Below are positions 38,425-51,000 of a stretch of 64,000 nucleotides of DNA, in pieces. The position numbers and the translations under genes were made by a program. The notes beneath the pieces were generated by a model that made no database searches, was not told the DNA's origin, and was given only the letters and a program-made list of their open reading frames with translations. Within the stretch, counting starts at the first letter, position 1, and the number at the start of each line of letters is the position of its first letter. Origin of the DNA: Macrostomum lignano (taxonomy: Eukaryota); NCBI GenBank assembly GCA_002269645.1, contig NIVC01002494.1, positions 1-64,000 on the forward strand, given 5' to 3'.

Positions 38425-39493
38425 TGTTTTCTTAGAAACCAAACTCGTGCAAAATACAAGATAAATATTTTGTTTTAATGCACTGAATATATTTGTTTTA
38501 TTTGTTGTATCAAATAATTTTGTTTTACTGTGCGAAATAAATTGGGGAATTATTTTTTGTTTTAATCATATGGGGGGGAAACCACTATATATAGGAGCAA
38601 TTTTCTAGCAAATATACTCAACTGTCTTACCGTCTCTGACTTGTGAGCAAATTCTTGCAAACAAAAATAAGCAGTTCAATCTAAAACTTTCAAAGTCTTT
38701 CCAGTTAAAATAGTGACTTATTCATTTGCAAAGTCTGAGGCACGATTCCAGGAGATTTGCTAAGAAAAGGGAATCGGGGAACAATTCACAGAAGTATTAC
38801 AAGAGAGAGATGCTGTGACCTTCTAGTCTCGGTAAACGCCCGATTAGGACTATTCACTAATACATATACTAGTACTAGACTGCTCAGGCCATAAGCTACC
38901 AGAATGCTACCAGAAAGCAAGCCATAAGCTACCAGAAAGCAAGCCATAAGCTACCAGAATGTTACCAGAAATGCTACTAAGAATGCTACCCAGAAATATT
39001 TAAATGAAATTCTAAGAAATAGTTAAGGAGTAAAAATAGAAGTGCAATCAGGATAACTTTAGTTAAGCAGACGGGAACAACACCTGTACAACTTTGGTGG
39101 CAGCTCTTAGGGTAATAAATTCTAGCACCAATAGTTAGGAGTTTAGAAAGACAGAGCCAGAAGGCCTGTCACAATATCTATATGATAATGTTCTAATCAT
39201 AGTATACCCTTTCAGCAATGAAAAACTAAAAAATCAAAGCTTGCACTAAGTTGAAGTTTCTTGTAAAACAGTTGGAAGCTAGCCAAAATCATTGATAATT
39301 TGAAGAAGGTCTATAGGGACACTGCTCCATCAGATTGAACCATTTACTACTAGATTTAGGCTTTTAAAAATGACTATTAGTTTACATGTAAAGTGTGGTA
39401 TATAAAGTGTACTTGCTCCTTTTCAAATGTTCAATTCAATTCAAACAGTGCAAAAATTTTTTTTCTAAATTTACAAACAATATTTTTCTGAAG

Positions 39494-39795
39494 CATATAT
39501 ACCCAACCTCAAAATTTTATCCATCTGGTGCAACTTAGTTTTGTCCAGATTTGCAATTTAGTTCTTCCCAATTGCAACTTAGTTCCTCCAATTGCAACTT
39601 AATTTTCATTTTGTATATGACTTGCCTTTTTCTATTTTTTTCTCTGTTTCTTTTCTCTTTTCTCCCTCTCTCTCTCTCTTCTCCTTCCTTTCTTCCAATT
39701 TTTTATTTTTTGCATTTTTAATTTTGCAACCTTGGCCAATGGCTATTTTACCTGTCTAGTTCAGATGGGTCAGATGGGTGTTAGGCATTTATATA
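39494..39795 (-). mobile_element. Short inverted relative of the 40222-42776 hAT element
   Basis: Shares both ends (CCCAACCTCAAAATTT...GCAACTTAGTTTTGTCCAGA; GGGTGTTAGGCAT) in opposite orientation; TSD not readable. Another partial left end at about 44826-44905. Confidence 0.6.
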
Positions 39796-40221
39796 CTAAA
39801 AAATTAAAATATTACAACAATTGTTATTTATTAATATTAAATTTAAAAAATCAAAATTTAAAATAAGTTTCTTAGCATGCACAGCACTTTTTTACTTGGC
39901 ACACAGTGTACAATTAAAATTTTGACTAGGGATTTGTTGTGGCACACATAGCGCACCTTCCTGACCATAGAATACCCACTGAGTCCTATGGCTATTATGG
40001 CTTGAACATTGGGTTTAATGCACTGGGTGTGCTATCAACCTGCTAAACTGCTTGAATACTGATTCAGAAAACTTTTATTAGCGCTTAGTGACTAGGGATG
40101 AAACATGGATATTTCAATACAATCCCAAGTCTTAGGTCTAATCCAAGGAGTGGCTGCCACAAAGTTCAGTGGGCCCCAAGAAGTTCTATGTGGAAGGGTT
40201 TGCAGCAAAAGACTTGGTGAC

Positions 40222-42776
40222 CATACATGCCTAACACCCGTCCGACCCATCCAAACCGGATAGGTGAAATGGCAGCTGGCCAAGGTAGGTCGCAAAATTG
40301 AAAATGCAAAAAACCAAAAATTGGGAGAAGAAAGAAAGGAGAGAAAGAGAAAAGGAAAAGAAAAGAGGGAAGAGAGAGAAGGGGAAAGAGGAGAAAGAAA
40401 GAGAAAAAGGCAAGAAAATTCATTTACAAAGTGAAATTAAGTCACAATTGGGAGGAACTAAGTTGTAATCAGGAGGAACTAAGTCGCAATTGAGAGGAAC
40501 TAAGTCACAATTAGGAGGAACTAAGTCGTAATCGGGAGGAACTAAGTCATAATCGGGAGGAACTTAGTTGCAATCGAGAGGAACTAAGTTGCAATCGGGA
40601 GGAACTAAGTCGCAATTGGGAGGAACTAAGTCGCAATCAAGAGGAACTAAGTCGCAATCGAGAGGAACTAAGTCGCAATTGAGAGGAACTAAGTTGCAAT
40701 CGAGAGGAACTAAGTCAAAATCAGGAGGAACTTAGTCGCAATCGGGAGGAACTAAGTCGCAATCGAGAGAAACTAAGTTGTCTTGAATCCCATATTCTAA
40801 ATCGTCTTAAAATCCTCTGTAAAGCCTTTCAAATACCATATCTTGTTTTCCCTGTTTGCAAAAACTGACTTGCATTGTCCAGACTCAGACTCTCATGTCT
40901 CCTCTGCACTCTCACCGTTACTCTCTTCTCCCTCCTCCTCTCTACCTCTTTATTTATCTCTTCTCCCTCGTGTTTCGTCTGTACCCTCTCATGTCTCCTG
41001 TCTCCTCTCTTCTCTCTTATTTCTCCCCTCTTCTCTCCTCTCTCATATCTCATCTCTATTCACTTATCTATCGTCTCTCCTATACCCTCTCTCTTCTCTT
41101 TTCTCTCTCCTCCCTGCTCTCGTTTATCATATCTTGTATACCCTCTCCTTTCTTATCTCCCATCTTTCTTGCTTCCTTTCTACCATCTCGATTCTATCTT
41201 CTCGCCTTTGTCTCTTCTCTTCTCTAATCTCTAATCTCTTCTCTCTCTTATTTTCTCAATCATATCTTTTCTCATTGCATCTTTCATCTGTCCTCTCTGC
41301 ACTCTTACCTTTACCCTCTTTCTTTCTCCTCACTACTTTCTTCTCTTAACTCTCTCATCTCTGATCTTTCATCTCTCTCCTCTCTTTTATTTCAGCTGTA
41401 TGCTCTTATTCCTCCTTTCTTCTCTCATCTCTCCTGTCTCCTCTCTGCTATCTCATAACTCCTCTCATATCCTCTCTTCTCTTCTCTTCTCTCTCCCTCT
41501 TCATTCCCACCTTACTCTCCTCTTCTCTCCCATCTGTCATATCTAATCTGTCCTCTCTCATATCTACTCTCTTTTCTATTATCTCTCCTCTATTTGTTTA
41601 CTCTTCTCTATACTTTCTCTTCTCTGACTCATTTAATGTGCCAAATCCATCAAAATCCTCTCCGTAAAAATGAACTCTATCAAAATCTCTTCATGAGACT
41701 GAACTTCATCAAAATCCCTTTTGATAAACTACAAATATATCTTTTCCTCGGAGGACTCTCACTTCTTTGGCCATCAGTCTCAGTCTCTGAATCTGAGTCC
41801 AAATGAATGGCTGTGTTGTGGTTGGATCCGCGCTTCAGTACCAGCATCAGTTGATGGTCAAGATTCTATAGCAATATATTCAGTATGAGCAGTGCGCCGT
41901 CGTACAAATTCTGTCTCAAGACTTCTAGTTTCTCCTTTATTTCAAAAACAGCTTCTCAGCTGACATTACTCGAGAAGAGTAATGTCGTTGCATCTGCACC
42001 ATGAATTTCAATTTTTTGCATTCTGCATAGATAGAAATCTATTAAAAGCAACAACCTCTGGATTATGCACTGCCATTAACAGTCCCTCTCTGTGTGAGCT
42101 TGCTGAACATTGGGATGGTGGTGCTTCTAGTTCCCTTGAATGTGCTGCAGCTGCACCATCACCTGATCCCCCAGGCTGCACTTAAGATTGCTGGTAAATT
42201 TCTTCTAATATCCAATGTGCGCCACAACAATCATTAACTTCTCCAGGAGTTACATGACCAAGTTTCCATCGTGTAAAGAGCAATGGCTTTCGTTCTTCAG
42301 CTGCAGAAAGGGGACACTAGTTGATGGAATAGTCTTTATGGCCATTTTCATCCCATTTATGTGCAAGATTCAATATATAGTCAGGTGCAAGTCTATCTTT
42401 AAGTGAAGTATATAACGAGTCAAAGAATGTACACCTATATATATATGAGTGCATGAGTTTCTAACTCAATTTTAAGTTAGTTTGCCAGACATACAGTACA
42501 GTATATAGGGAGTATAGCCTATAGGGTACAGGTTATAGTGCAGTTTAGTACTGCATAAGTGAATAAGATAAGTGAATGATAAATCAATCGGGAAAGAGAG
42601 TGAAGGTAGGAAAAGAGAAGAGAAATGAGGTACTTTCATTTTTCAATAAGCACGAGCACGCAACGTGTGCTACCCCCCTCCCCAGTCTTTCAGTGTGGTG
42701 GCGCATAAGTAAGTCACAAATCTGGACAAAACTAAGTTGCACTGGACAGGTGAAATTTTGAGGTTGGGCATGTATG
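40222..42776. mobile_element. 2.55-kb non-autonomous hAT-like element carrying cargo
   Basis: TIR CATACATGCC(C/T)AAC; perfect 8-bp TSD TTGGTGAC (40214-40221, 42777-42784). Contains a 20/21-bp subterminal array (GAGGAACTAAGTCGCAATCG, 40447-40780), a CT-rich tract (40885-41615) and a decayed coding-like segment. Confidence 0.88.
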
Positions 42777-43526
42777 TTGGTGACCATCTTCTATGATGTT
42801 GAGGGAGTGGTAATAGTGGACTTCTTAGAAAGCCAGATAACCATTAATGCCATCTAATATGTGTTGCTTCTGCAAAAGTTCTAATTTTTTATAGATTTTT
42901 TGTAATATATTAGTATATTCCAGTGCTGGACAACATTCTGGCATTTCTAGCACTTTTAGTACTAAAAGTTTAAAGTGGCTCTTTTTTCTAGTTCTTTTTT
43001 AGAATGCTAGACTTGGGTAATAGAAGTTACTTTTTTATAAGTCTGGTCCTCTGGTATTTAAAAATGAAATTTTAGGTGCCAAACAGCTAACTTAGCAATA
43101 AATATTTCCCAAAAGTGCAAAACTTTCACCAAAATACTTGTATAATTATACAAAGATAAGAAAGAGATGATCCTAGATTAAATGGTTTTTACTTTTTAAG
43201 TTAAAGCATGTTTTAGTATTATATACTAATAGAATCATAGAATAGAATAGCTGCTATAAAACTACAGCATAATACAAGTAGGATAACAAGAATGACCCAA
43301 ACAAACTAAAGTTGCCTAAAGCATTCTACTCATTGTGATATATCTATTGGACAAAAATTGTCTTCATAAAAAATTCTGAAAAGTCAGAAGCAACATTTGA
43401 AAATTGGCCTCCATCTTTTTTATAAATCCTAAGTGTAATTTCCTGATATTCTACAAATCCTTGTTTTGTAAAAGGTTTTGTTTATTCACTCAAATTTTGG
43501 ATGCAGTAATAATAAAAATATTTATA

Positions 43527-43939
43527 AGCAAAGTGCATAAAAGAGGCACTTAAGGGGTCTTTTTCAAGCATGTTTTGGAAATGCACTTGTATACATATTT
43601 ATGCCACACATGTACACCTTATGCACCTCTAATTCACCTTTCATGCACTTTCTGTGCCCTTTTAGCACCTTTCCTTCACCTGCTGTGCCTCACTTGTGAG
43701 CCTGCTGTTTACCTTTTGTGCACTTCCAGTGCCCCTTATGCACCACACCTTTACTGCCCCTACTGCTGCAACCAATGAAAATTAAGAATTCACCTACTGC
43801 CTAACCACTTCACCAATTTTACAACTTTTATGCCTCTTTTCAAAAATATTGATGACATTTAGGCAAAAAGGTGCACTCAGGGCATTTCTAAAGCACACAC
43901 AAAATAGGCCACTAAAGTGCCTCTTTTGTGCACCTTGCT
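43527..43939. mobile_element. MITE with 31-bp TIRs
   Basis: Left AGCAAAGTGCATAAAAGAGGCACTTAAGGGG versus reverse-complemented right AGCAAGGTGCACAAAAGAGGCACTTTAGTGG; TSD unclear. Confidence 0.7.
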
Positions 43940-44029
43940 CACCTTTTATGCCTCTGCAGGTGCATAACTTTTCTAACGGGCCACAAAGTCATCCCCACAA
44001 TCAGCAGCCCTGATGATATGGTCTTTGTC

Positions 44030-44221
44030 CAAGGGTGTAGGGAGGGGGGATAGGGGGATGTATCCCCCCAAAGAGCCTGACCAAAACTTTCTTGTTGCCC
44101 TTTGTTGCTATACACGCTACCATGTGACTCTGTCATGGTAGTTTTACCTTGGTGTATCCCCCTGTAGAAAATTCACCTTGGTGTATCCCCCCCCCATAGG
44201 AAATTCCTGGCTATGCCCCTG
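44030..44221. mobile_element. 192-bp hAT-type MITE
   Basis: Ends CAAGGGTGTAG and reverse-complemented CAGGGGCATAGCCAGG; TSD TCTTTGTC/TCTCTGTC (7 of 8 match). Confidence 0.72.
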
Positions 44222-45039
44222 TCTCTGTCACTGTTGCTTACAATAGCGCACTGCCAAGGCTGTTGTTCCATGATATCTTCATTGAATTCTGCTTCAAATT
44301 CACTGATTCCATCTTCTTCCAGCTAAGTGTTTGAATTGAAGTTCTGCTTGTTCCTTTTGAAGAAGACTTTGTTCAAAATTGGAGGTAAAATGGTGTATTA
44401 GTGCTAATAGAAAAGTGAAAATAGGCCTATTAGATGCTAATTGGGCTTAACATCAATTCTTGATAAAAATTGCAAAAATTTGATATTGTTAAACACTTTG
44501 AATTTTCCCTCAAAAACAACATCTTTAGGAGTATGGCTAGGGCCTAGTAATTGTTTAAAAATGGTTGTTATTTATTGGGATACTAGTTCCATAGGCTTTA
44601 AAAATTTTAGCTAAGGAAAATTGGTTTGAATCTATTACTAGGCATTTTAATAATAAAATTTGATAGCATATTTTTATAGTATAGAACAAAGAATCAACTT
44701 TTGTTCTTTTATATGATATATTCTTTATAAAGTAAGCTATTTTAATTTTAAGAAATATTGATTAATAATAAGATAAAATATATTATATGTATATTTAAAA
44801 TAGCAAGAAGATTAATAGTGTTAACATATACATGCCCAACACCCAGCCAACCTGGCTTATTTGGCCAGGTGGCAAGAGGTCTGGCCAAGGTAAGTTGCAA
44901 AAATGCCAACTCAAAAATATAGACATAGTGCTAATTAGATGACAAGACAAGGCATTGTTTCTTTTTATATCTGTACAAAACTTTTGATTCAAGTATTTCT
45001 TCTACTATATTATTCTACTTGTTCAAAATTGACTCACAG

Positions 45040-48000
45040 GTTCAACACCCCAGATAAGTTTGTTATTCAGCCGCACAATGGCCAGGAAACACTTATTATT
45101 GACAGGCAGACAGGCGATATGTCAATCACTAGTAAGTAGACAGTATTTTTTACAAGCAAAATATTGATAAGCCTAATTCACAAGCAATCAGTGCAGTGAT
45201 GTCTTTCCGTGTTTCATCAGATGTGCGGATCAGCTGGTTTCCTGGCTCTCCTACAATTGATTGACATTAAATTTTTTGCTGAGCGCTGATTTACCAACTT
45301 TCTGTACTGTTTAACGAAATTAGGGGGTGTTTACTAATTAACAGCAGTGCCAAATGATGTGTACATCCGTGTTTCATCCGATGGAGCAGCCTTTCATGGC
45401 TTCCAATAAGTGACAACATTCGATATCTGCTGATGTCACAACGCTGCTCTGAGAATGATTTAAGTCCCCGATTAGAATTCCCTATCTCACTCTCGATAAT
45501 CCCGATCTGTAATCCCGAGTTCCTTATCTCACTCTCGATAATCCCGATCTCTAATCCCGAGTTCCTTATCTCACTCTCGATAATCCCGATCTCTAATCCC
45601 GAGTTCCTTATCTCACTCTCGATAATCCCGATCTCTAATCCCGAGTTCCTTATCTCACTCTCGATAATCCCGATCTCTAATCCCGAGTTCCTTATCTCAC
45701 TCTCGATAATCCCGATCTCTAATCCCGAGTTCCTTATCTCACTCTCGATAATCCCGATCTCTAATCCCGAGTTCCTTATCTCACTCTCGATAATCCCGAT
45801 CTCTAATCCCGAGTTCCTTATCTCACTCTCGATAATCCCGATCTCTAATCCCGAATTCCTTATCTCACTCTCGATAATCCCGATCTCTAATCCCGAGTTC
45901 CTTATCTCACTCTCGATAATCCCGATCTCTAATCCCGAATTCCTTATCTCACTCTCGATAATCCCGATCTCTAATCCCTAATTCTCTATCTCACTCTCGA
46001 TATTCCCGATCTCAATTTCGAATTCCATATCTCACAAAAGAAAGAAAGAAATGCAAAGATCAAGCAGCTAGCAATTTAGAATTTCCACTGCCGCTCATTC
46101 CTAATCCTAATCCCACAACCACTCGCCAACCCAGTGGACTCATCCGCTGTCTCCCGCCTCATCGTTGGTACACCACCGACGACAATCTACGGCCTGTGGG
46201 GCGTCCTGCAGCTGCTGTCTGGCCCTCACCTGTTGATAGTGCAGGCCCGTCGGCATGTCGGCAACCTGCGCGGTCACAGTCTGTGGCGTGTAGAGTCTGC
46301 GGACATTTTGCCGTATTGCCGATCTAGCCTGCATTTAACTGAGACTGCCGCGGCTGACAACGAGATTTACCTGCAGCTGGTTCGCGAGTCCCTGCGCACG
46401 CCAGGTTATTATTTCTCCTACACCACAGATCTCAGTCGCAGTCTTCAAAGCGCCTGTCGATACGCGGCGGAATCGGTTGACTACACGGCGACACCGGCGG
46501 CCGCTGCTGCTGTTGTTGATGCGACACCGTTGTGCGATCGAGCCGACGATCGATTTGTATGGAATTATAATTCTCTGATCAAGCTGAGACGCTTTCCCAG
46601 ATTTGCTCTGCCAGTTGTGCACGGCTTTGTCTGCGTCAGGACTGTGCCGTTCAAGGTGAGGCCTTTCTAATCTCCAGGCATCGCAAAACAACCTCTTGGC
46701 CAACTTTCGTGCACATACAAGTCCAAAATTAGTGTGGAATGGAACCAGAAGTTGTGGCGCGAGAGTCATACTGATCTGCTCTGCTCCCTTCCTCAGAAGA
46801 ACCCTAGCATAGGTTTAAACTTAGGACCGCTTTAGTAAGCCTAGTTTCGTAATTTTTTATTTCAAAAAAGATATTTCAATTGCATAATAATGATTCTGAT
46901 CTTGCTACTGTTAGTAGCACTACTATTAAGCAAGTAAATTAACGGTATAATAAACCGAATCGCCGCCAGGGCCGGACCATAGACTACGCGCTGATTAGCC
47001 GGCGCTCCCGGCACAGGGCCGGAGTCCGCTACTACACACGCGGCCTCGACGAGGATGGCTACGCGGCTAATTTTGTTGAAACTGAACAGATTCTGTCGGT
47101 GCCTTCGTCAGCTGGGACTAATCAAACAGCTAATCCGAATGCTCAGGCTCTGTTCAGCTTTGTCCAAACTCGCGGCTCAGTGCCATTAATCTGGTCTCAG
47201 TATCCAAATTTATTGTACAAGCCAGCGCCAACTATTAGTCAAGATTGGGATAAACAGTTCGATGCGTTTGTTGCCCATTTTAGCGATCAGGTGAGCGCCT
47301 GTTTTGCTTGCCATCTGACAGTAGTTTGACTTAGGGGTGGGGGCGGTGCCGCAATGATGTGATTATCCGTGTTTCATCCGATTGGAGCTGTCACTTTGAC
47401 CTCCAATGATTGACATTTTTAATAACTGAGCACCTTGCAAAAATATGGGAGATTTGTCGCTTAGTCTTATGCTATATATGAGGATAAATGTTCTTCTCTA
47501 GTTCTGATTCTCAATCCTAAGAATCCCAATTCTTAGTCCCAAACACCGATTTTAAGAATCCCAATCATTTGTCCCCAATACCGATTCCAAGAATCCCAAT
47601 CATGAGTCCCAAATACCGATTCCAAGAATCCCAATCATGAGTCCCAAATACCGATCCCAAGGATCCCAATCATGAGTCCCAAATACCGATTCCAAGAATC
47701 CCAATCATGAGTCCCCAATACCGATTCCAAGGATCCCAATCATGAGTCCCAAATACCGATTCCAAGAATCCCAATCATGAGTCCCAAATACCGATTCCAA
47801 GAATCCCAATCATGAGTCCCAAATACCGATTCCAAGAATCCCAATCATGAGTCCCAAATACCGATTCCAAGGATCCCAATCATGAGTCCCAAATACCGAT
47901 TCCAAGAATCCCAATCATGAGTCCCAAATACCGATTCCAAGAATCCCAATCATGAGTCCCAAATACCGATTCCATGGATCCCAATCATGAGTCCCAAATA

Positions 48001-51000
48001 CCGATTCCAAGAATCCCAATCATGAGTCCCAAATACCGATTCCAAGGATCCCAATCATGAGTCCCAAATACCGATTCCAAGAATCCCAATCATGAGTCCC
48101 AAATACCGATTCCAAGGATCCCAATCATGAGTCCCAAATACCGATTCCAAGAATCCCAATCATGAGTCCCAAATACCGATTCCATGGATCCCAATCATGA
48201 GTCCCAAATACCGATTCCAAAGATCCTGTTCCTAATCCTTAGTCTCAGCCTAATCCTAATAACTCTTATCCCCTAATCTATCTATAATCTAATATATAAG
48301 TCTAATCTATAAAAGATAGATTAGGCCTGATTTATAACTCAGCTGTCAGTCTTCCAATGATGTCAATCCGTGTTTCATCTGATTGCAACTACTATTAGCA
48401 ATATGCTGCAAACTTATCATTTGCTGCTGATGGAGGCTGCGCAATGCATAAATATTGTTATTTTTTGCTGACTAACAATATAAATATATTAGCCTAATTT
48501 CTTTCAGGTGTTCACCCGTTGCTATGGCAACCAGGTAATTGTCAATTTATTAGACGCCGTAGGCAAAGAACGCGAACTGTGCGCCCAGTTCAGCCGGATG
48601 TGCAGCCTGACAGAGGTGACTCGCCGTTTTGATGGTCTCCGCTACGAGCACTTCGACTTTCATCGCGAGTGCAGCCGGTTGAGATGGGACCGGCTTAGTC
48701 TGCTGCTGGAGCGGACTGAGCCAGACTTTGACTCTATGGGATATTTCCAGGCCGCTCCTGATGGTGAGCAACCGGGATGTGCACTTGTGTTTCTTATTAT
48801 CACAGAAAATTTTTATATATGCTCAGCTATCTGATAGTTTATTGAAAACACTTTATATAATGCCACTTTTGGACAAGGCTCCCAATCCAAGAATCCCACA
48901 GTTCATCTCAATTCCAAGAATCCCACAGTTCATCTCAATTCCAAGAATCCCACAGTTCATCTCAATTCCAAGAATCCCACAGTTCATCTCAATTCCAAGA
49001 ATCCCACAGTTCATCTCAATTCCAAGAATCCCACAGTTCATCTCAATACCAAAAATCCCACACCCCATCTCAATTCCAAGAATCCCACACCCCATCCCAG
49101 TTCCAAGAATCCCACACCCTATCTCAATTCCAAGAATCCCACACCCTATCTCAGTTCCAAGAATCCCACACCATATCTCAATTCCAAGAATCCCACACCC
49201 CATCTCAATTCCAAGAATCCCACACCCCATCCCAGTTCCAAGAATCCCACACCCTATCTCAATTCCAAGAATCCCACACCCTATCTCAGTTCCAAGAATC
49301 CCACACCATATCTCAATTCCAAGAATCCCACACCCCATCTCAATTCCAAGAATCCCACACCCCATCCTAATTCCAAGAATCCCACACCCCATCTCAATTT
49401 CAAGAATCCCACACCCCATCCTAATTCCAAGAATCCCACACCCTATCTCAATTCCAAGAATCCCACACCCCATCTCAATTTCAAGAATCCCACACCCCAT
49501 CCTAATTCCAAGAATCCCACACCCCATCCTAATTCCAAGAATCCCACACCCCATCCTAATTCCAAGAATCCCACACCCCATCCTAATTCCAAGAATCCCA
49601 CACCCCATCTCAATTCCAAAAATCCCACACCCCATCCTAATTCCAAGAATCCCACACCCTATCTCAATTCCAAGAATCCCACACCCCATCCTAATTCCAA
49701 GAATCCCACACCCCATCTCAATACTAAAAATCCCACACCCCATCTCAATTCCGAAAATCCCACACCCCATCTCAACTCCAAGAATCCTACACCCCATCTC
49801 AATTCCAAGAATCCCACACCCCATCTCAATTTCAAGAATCCCACACCCCATCCTAATTCCAAGAATCCCACACCCCATCTCAATTCCAAGAATCCCACAC
49901 CCCATCCTAATTCCAAGAATCCCACACCCCATTTCAATTTCAAGAATCCCACACCCCATCTCAATTCCAAGAATCCCACACCCCATCTCAATTCCAAGAA
50001 TCCCACACCCCATCCTAATTCCAAGAATCCCACACCCCATCTCAATTCCAAGAATCCCACACCCCATCTCAATTCCAAGAATCCCACACCCCATCTCAAT
50101 TCCAAGAATCCCACACCCCATCTCAATTCCAAGAATCCCACACCCCATCCTAATTCCAAGAATCCCACACCCCATCCTAATTCCAAGAATCCCACACCCC
50201 ATCTCAATTTCAAGAATCCCACACCCCATCCTAATTCCAAGAATCCCACACCCCATCTCAATTCCAAGAATCCCACACCCCATCCTAATTCCAAGAATCC
50301 CACACCCCATCTCAATTCCAAGAATCCCACACTCCATCTCAATTTCAAGAATCCCACACCCCATCTCAATTCCAAGAATCCCACACCCCATCTCAATTCC
50401 AAGAATCCCACACCCCATCCTAATTCCAAGAATCCCACACCCCATCTCAATTCCAAGAATCCCACACTCCATCTCAATTTCAAGAATCCCACACCCCATC
50501 TCAATTCCAAGAATCCCACACCCCATCTCAATTCCAAGAATCCCACACCCCATCTCAATTCCAAGAATCCCACACTCCATCTCAATTTCAAGAATCCCAC
50601 ACCCCATCTCAATTCCAAGAATCCCACACCCCATCTCAATTCCAAGAATCCTACACCCCATCCTAATTCCAAGAATCCCACACCCCATCTCAATTCCAAG
50701 AATCCCACATTCCCTAGCTAAATCCCTCTGACCACGTCATCCACAAAACTGCCTTTACTGCCTTCAGTGTATTTCTAGTCCATGTACATCTTCGTGTACG
50801 GTACATTACTGGTTGCGTTTGCGCCAATAGCAGGTTGTTGACATCTTGCTACTGAACTGACAGGACCAATCAAAGATGCCGAATCATACATGCGCAACCT
50901 CCAAAATTCGGTCGGCCTTGCGACGTAGTTTTTGGCCAAAAATGCGACTTACATGTAAAAAAACAACGAAAAATTAACGTAACTTTGGGTAAACGGCAAG

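Larger units (their letters stand above)
39251..42880 (+). pseudogene. Decayed mariner transposase, interrupted by later insertions
   Basis: N-terminal HTH-like IDNLKKVYRDTAPS (about 39290-39372). Catalytic LVTRDETWIFQYNPK...EWLPQSSVGPKK...AKDLVT (40085-40221) resumes as IFYDVEGVVIVDFLESQITINA (42777-42880). Matches mariner IVTGDETW and VFWD motifs; has in-frame stops. Confidence 0.8.

Noticed and set aside
40885-41615. Leu/Ser-rich ORFs in the CT tract
   Set aside because: Low-complexity pyrimidine DNA inside a transposon; not credible as coding.
44323-44384. Phase-2 donor GAG/GTAAAA as SAC1 exon 1
   Set aside because: Good donor and phase, but there is an in-frame TGA and no ATG upstream.
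48728-50731. 667-aa and 611-aa ORFs (IPRIPHPIS / MGCGILGIE repeats)
   Set aside because: Translation of a stop-free 27-bp intronic array; the + ORF is out of frame with the SAC1 exon and has no unique domain.
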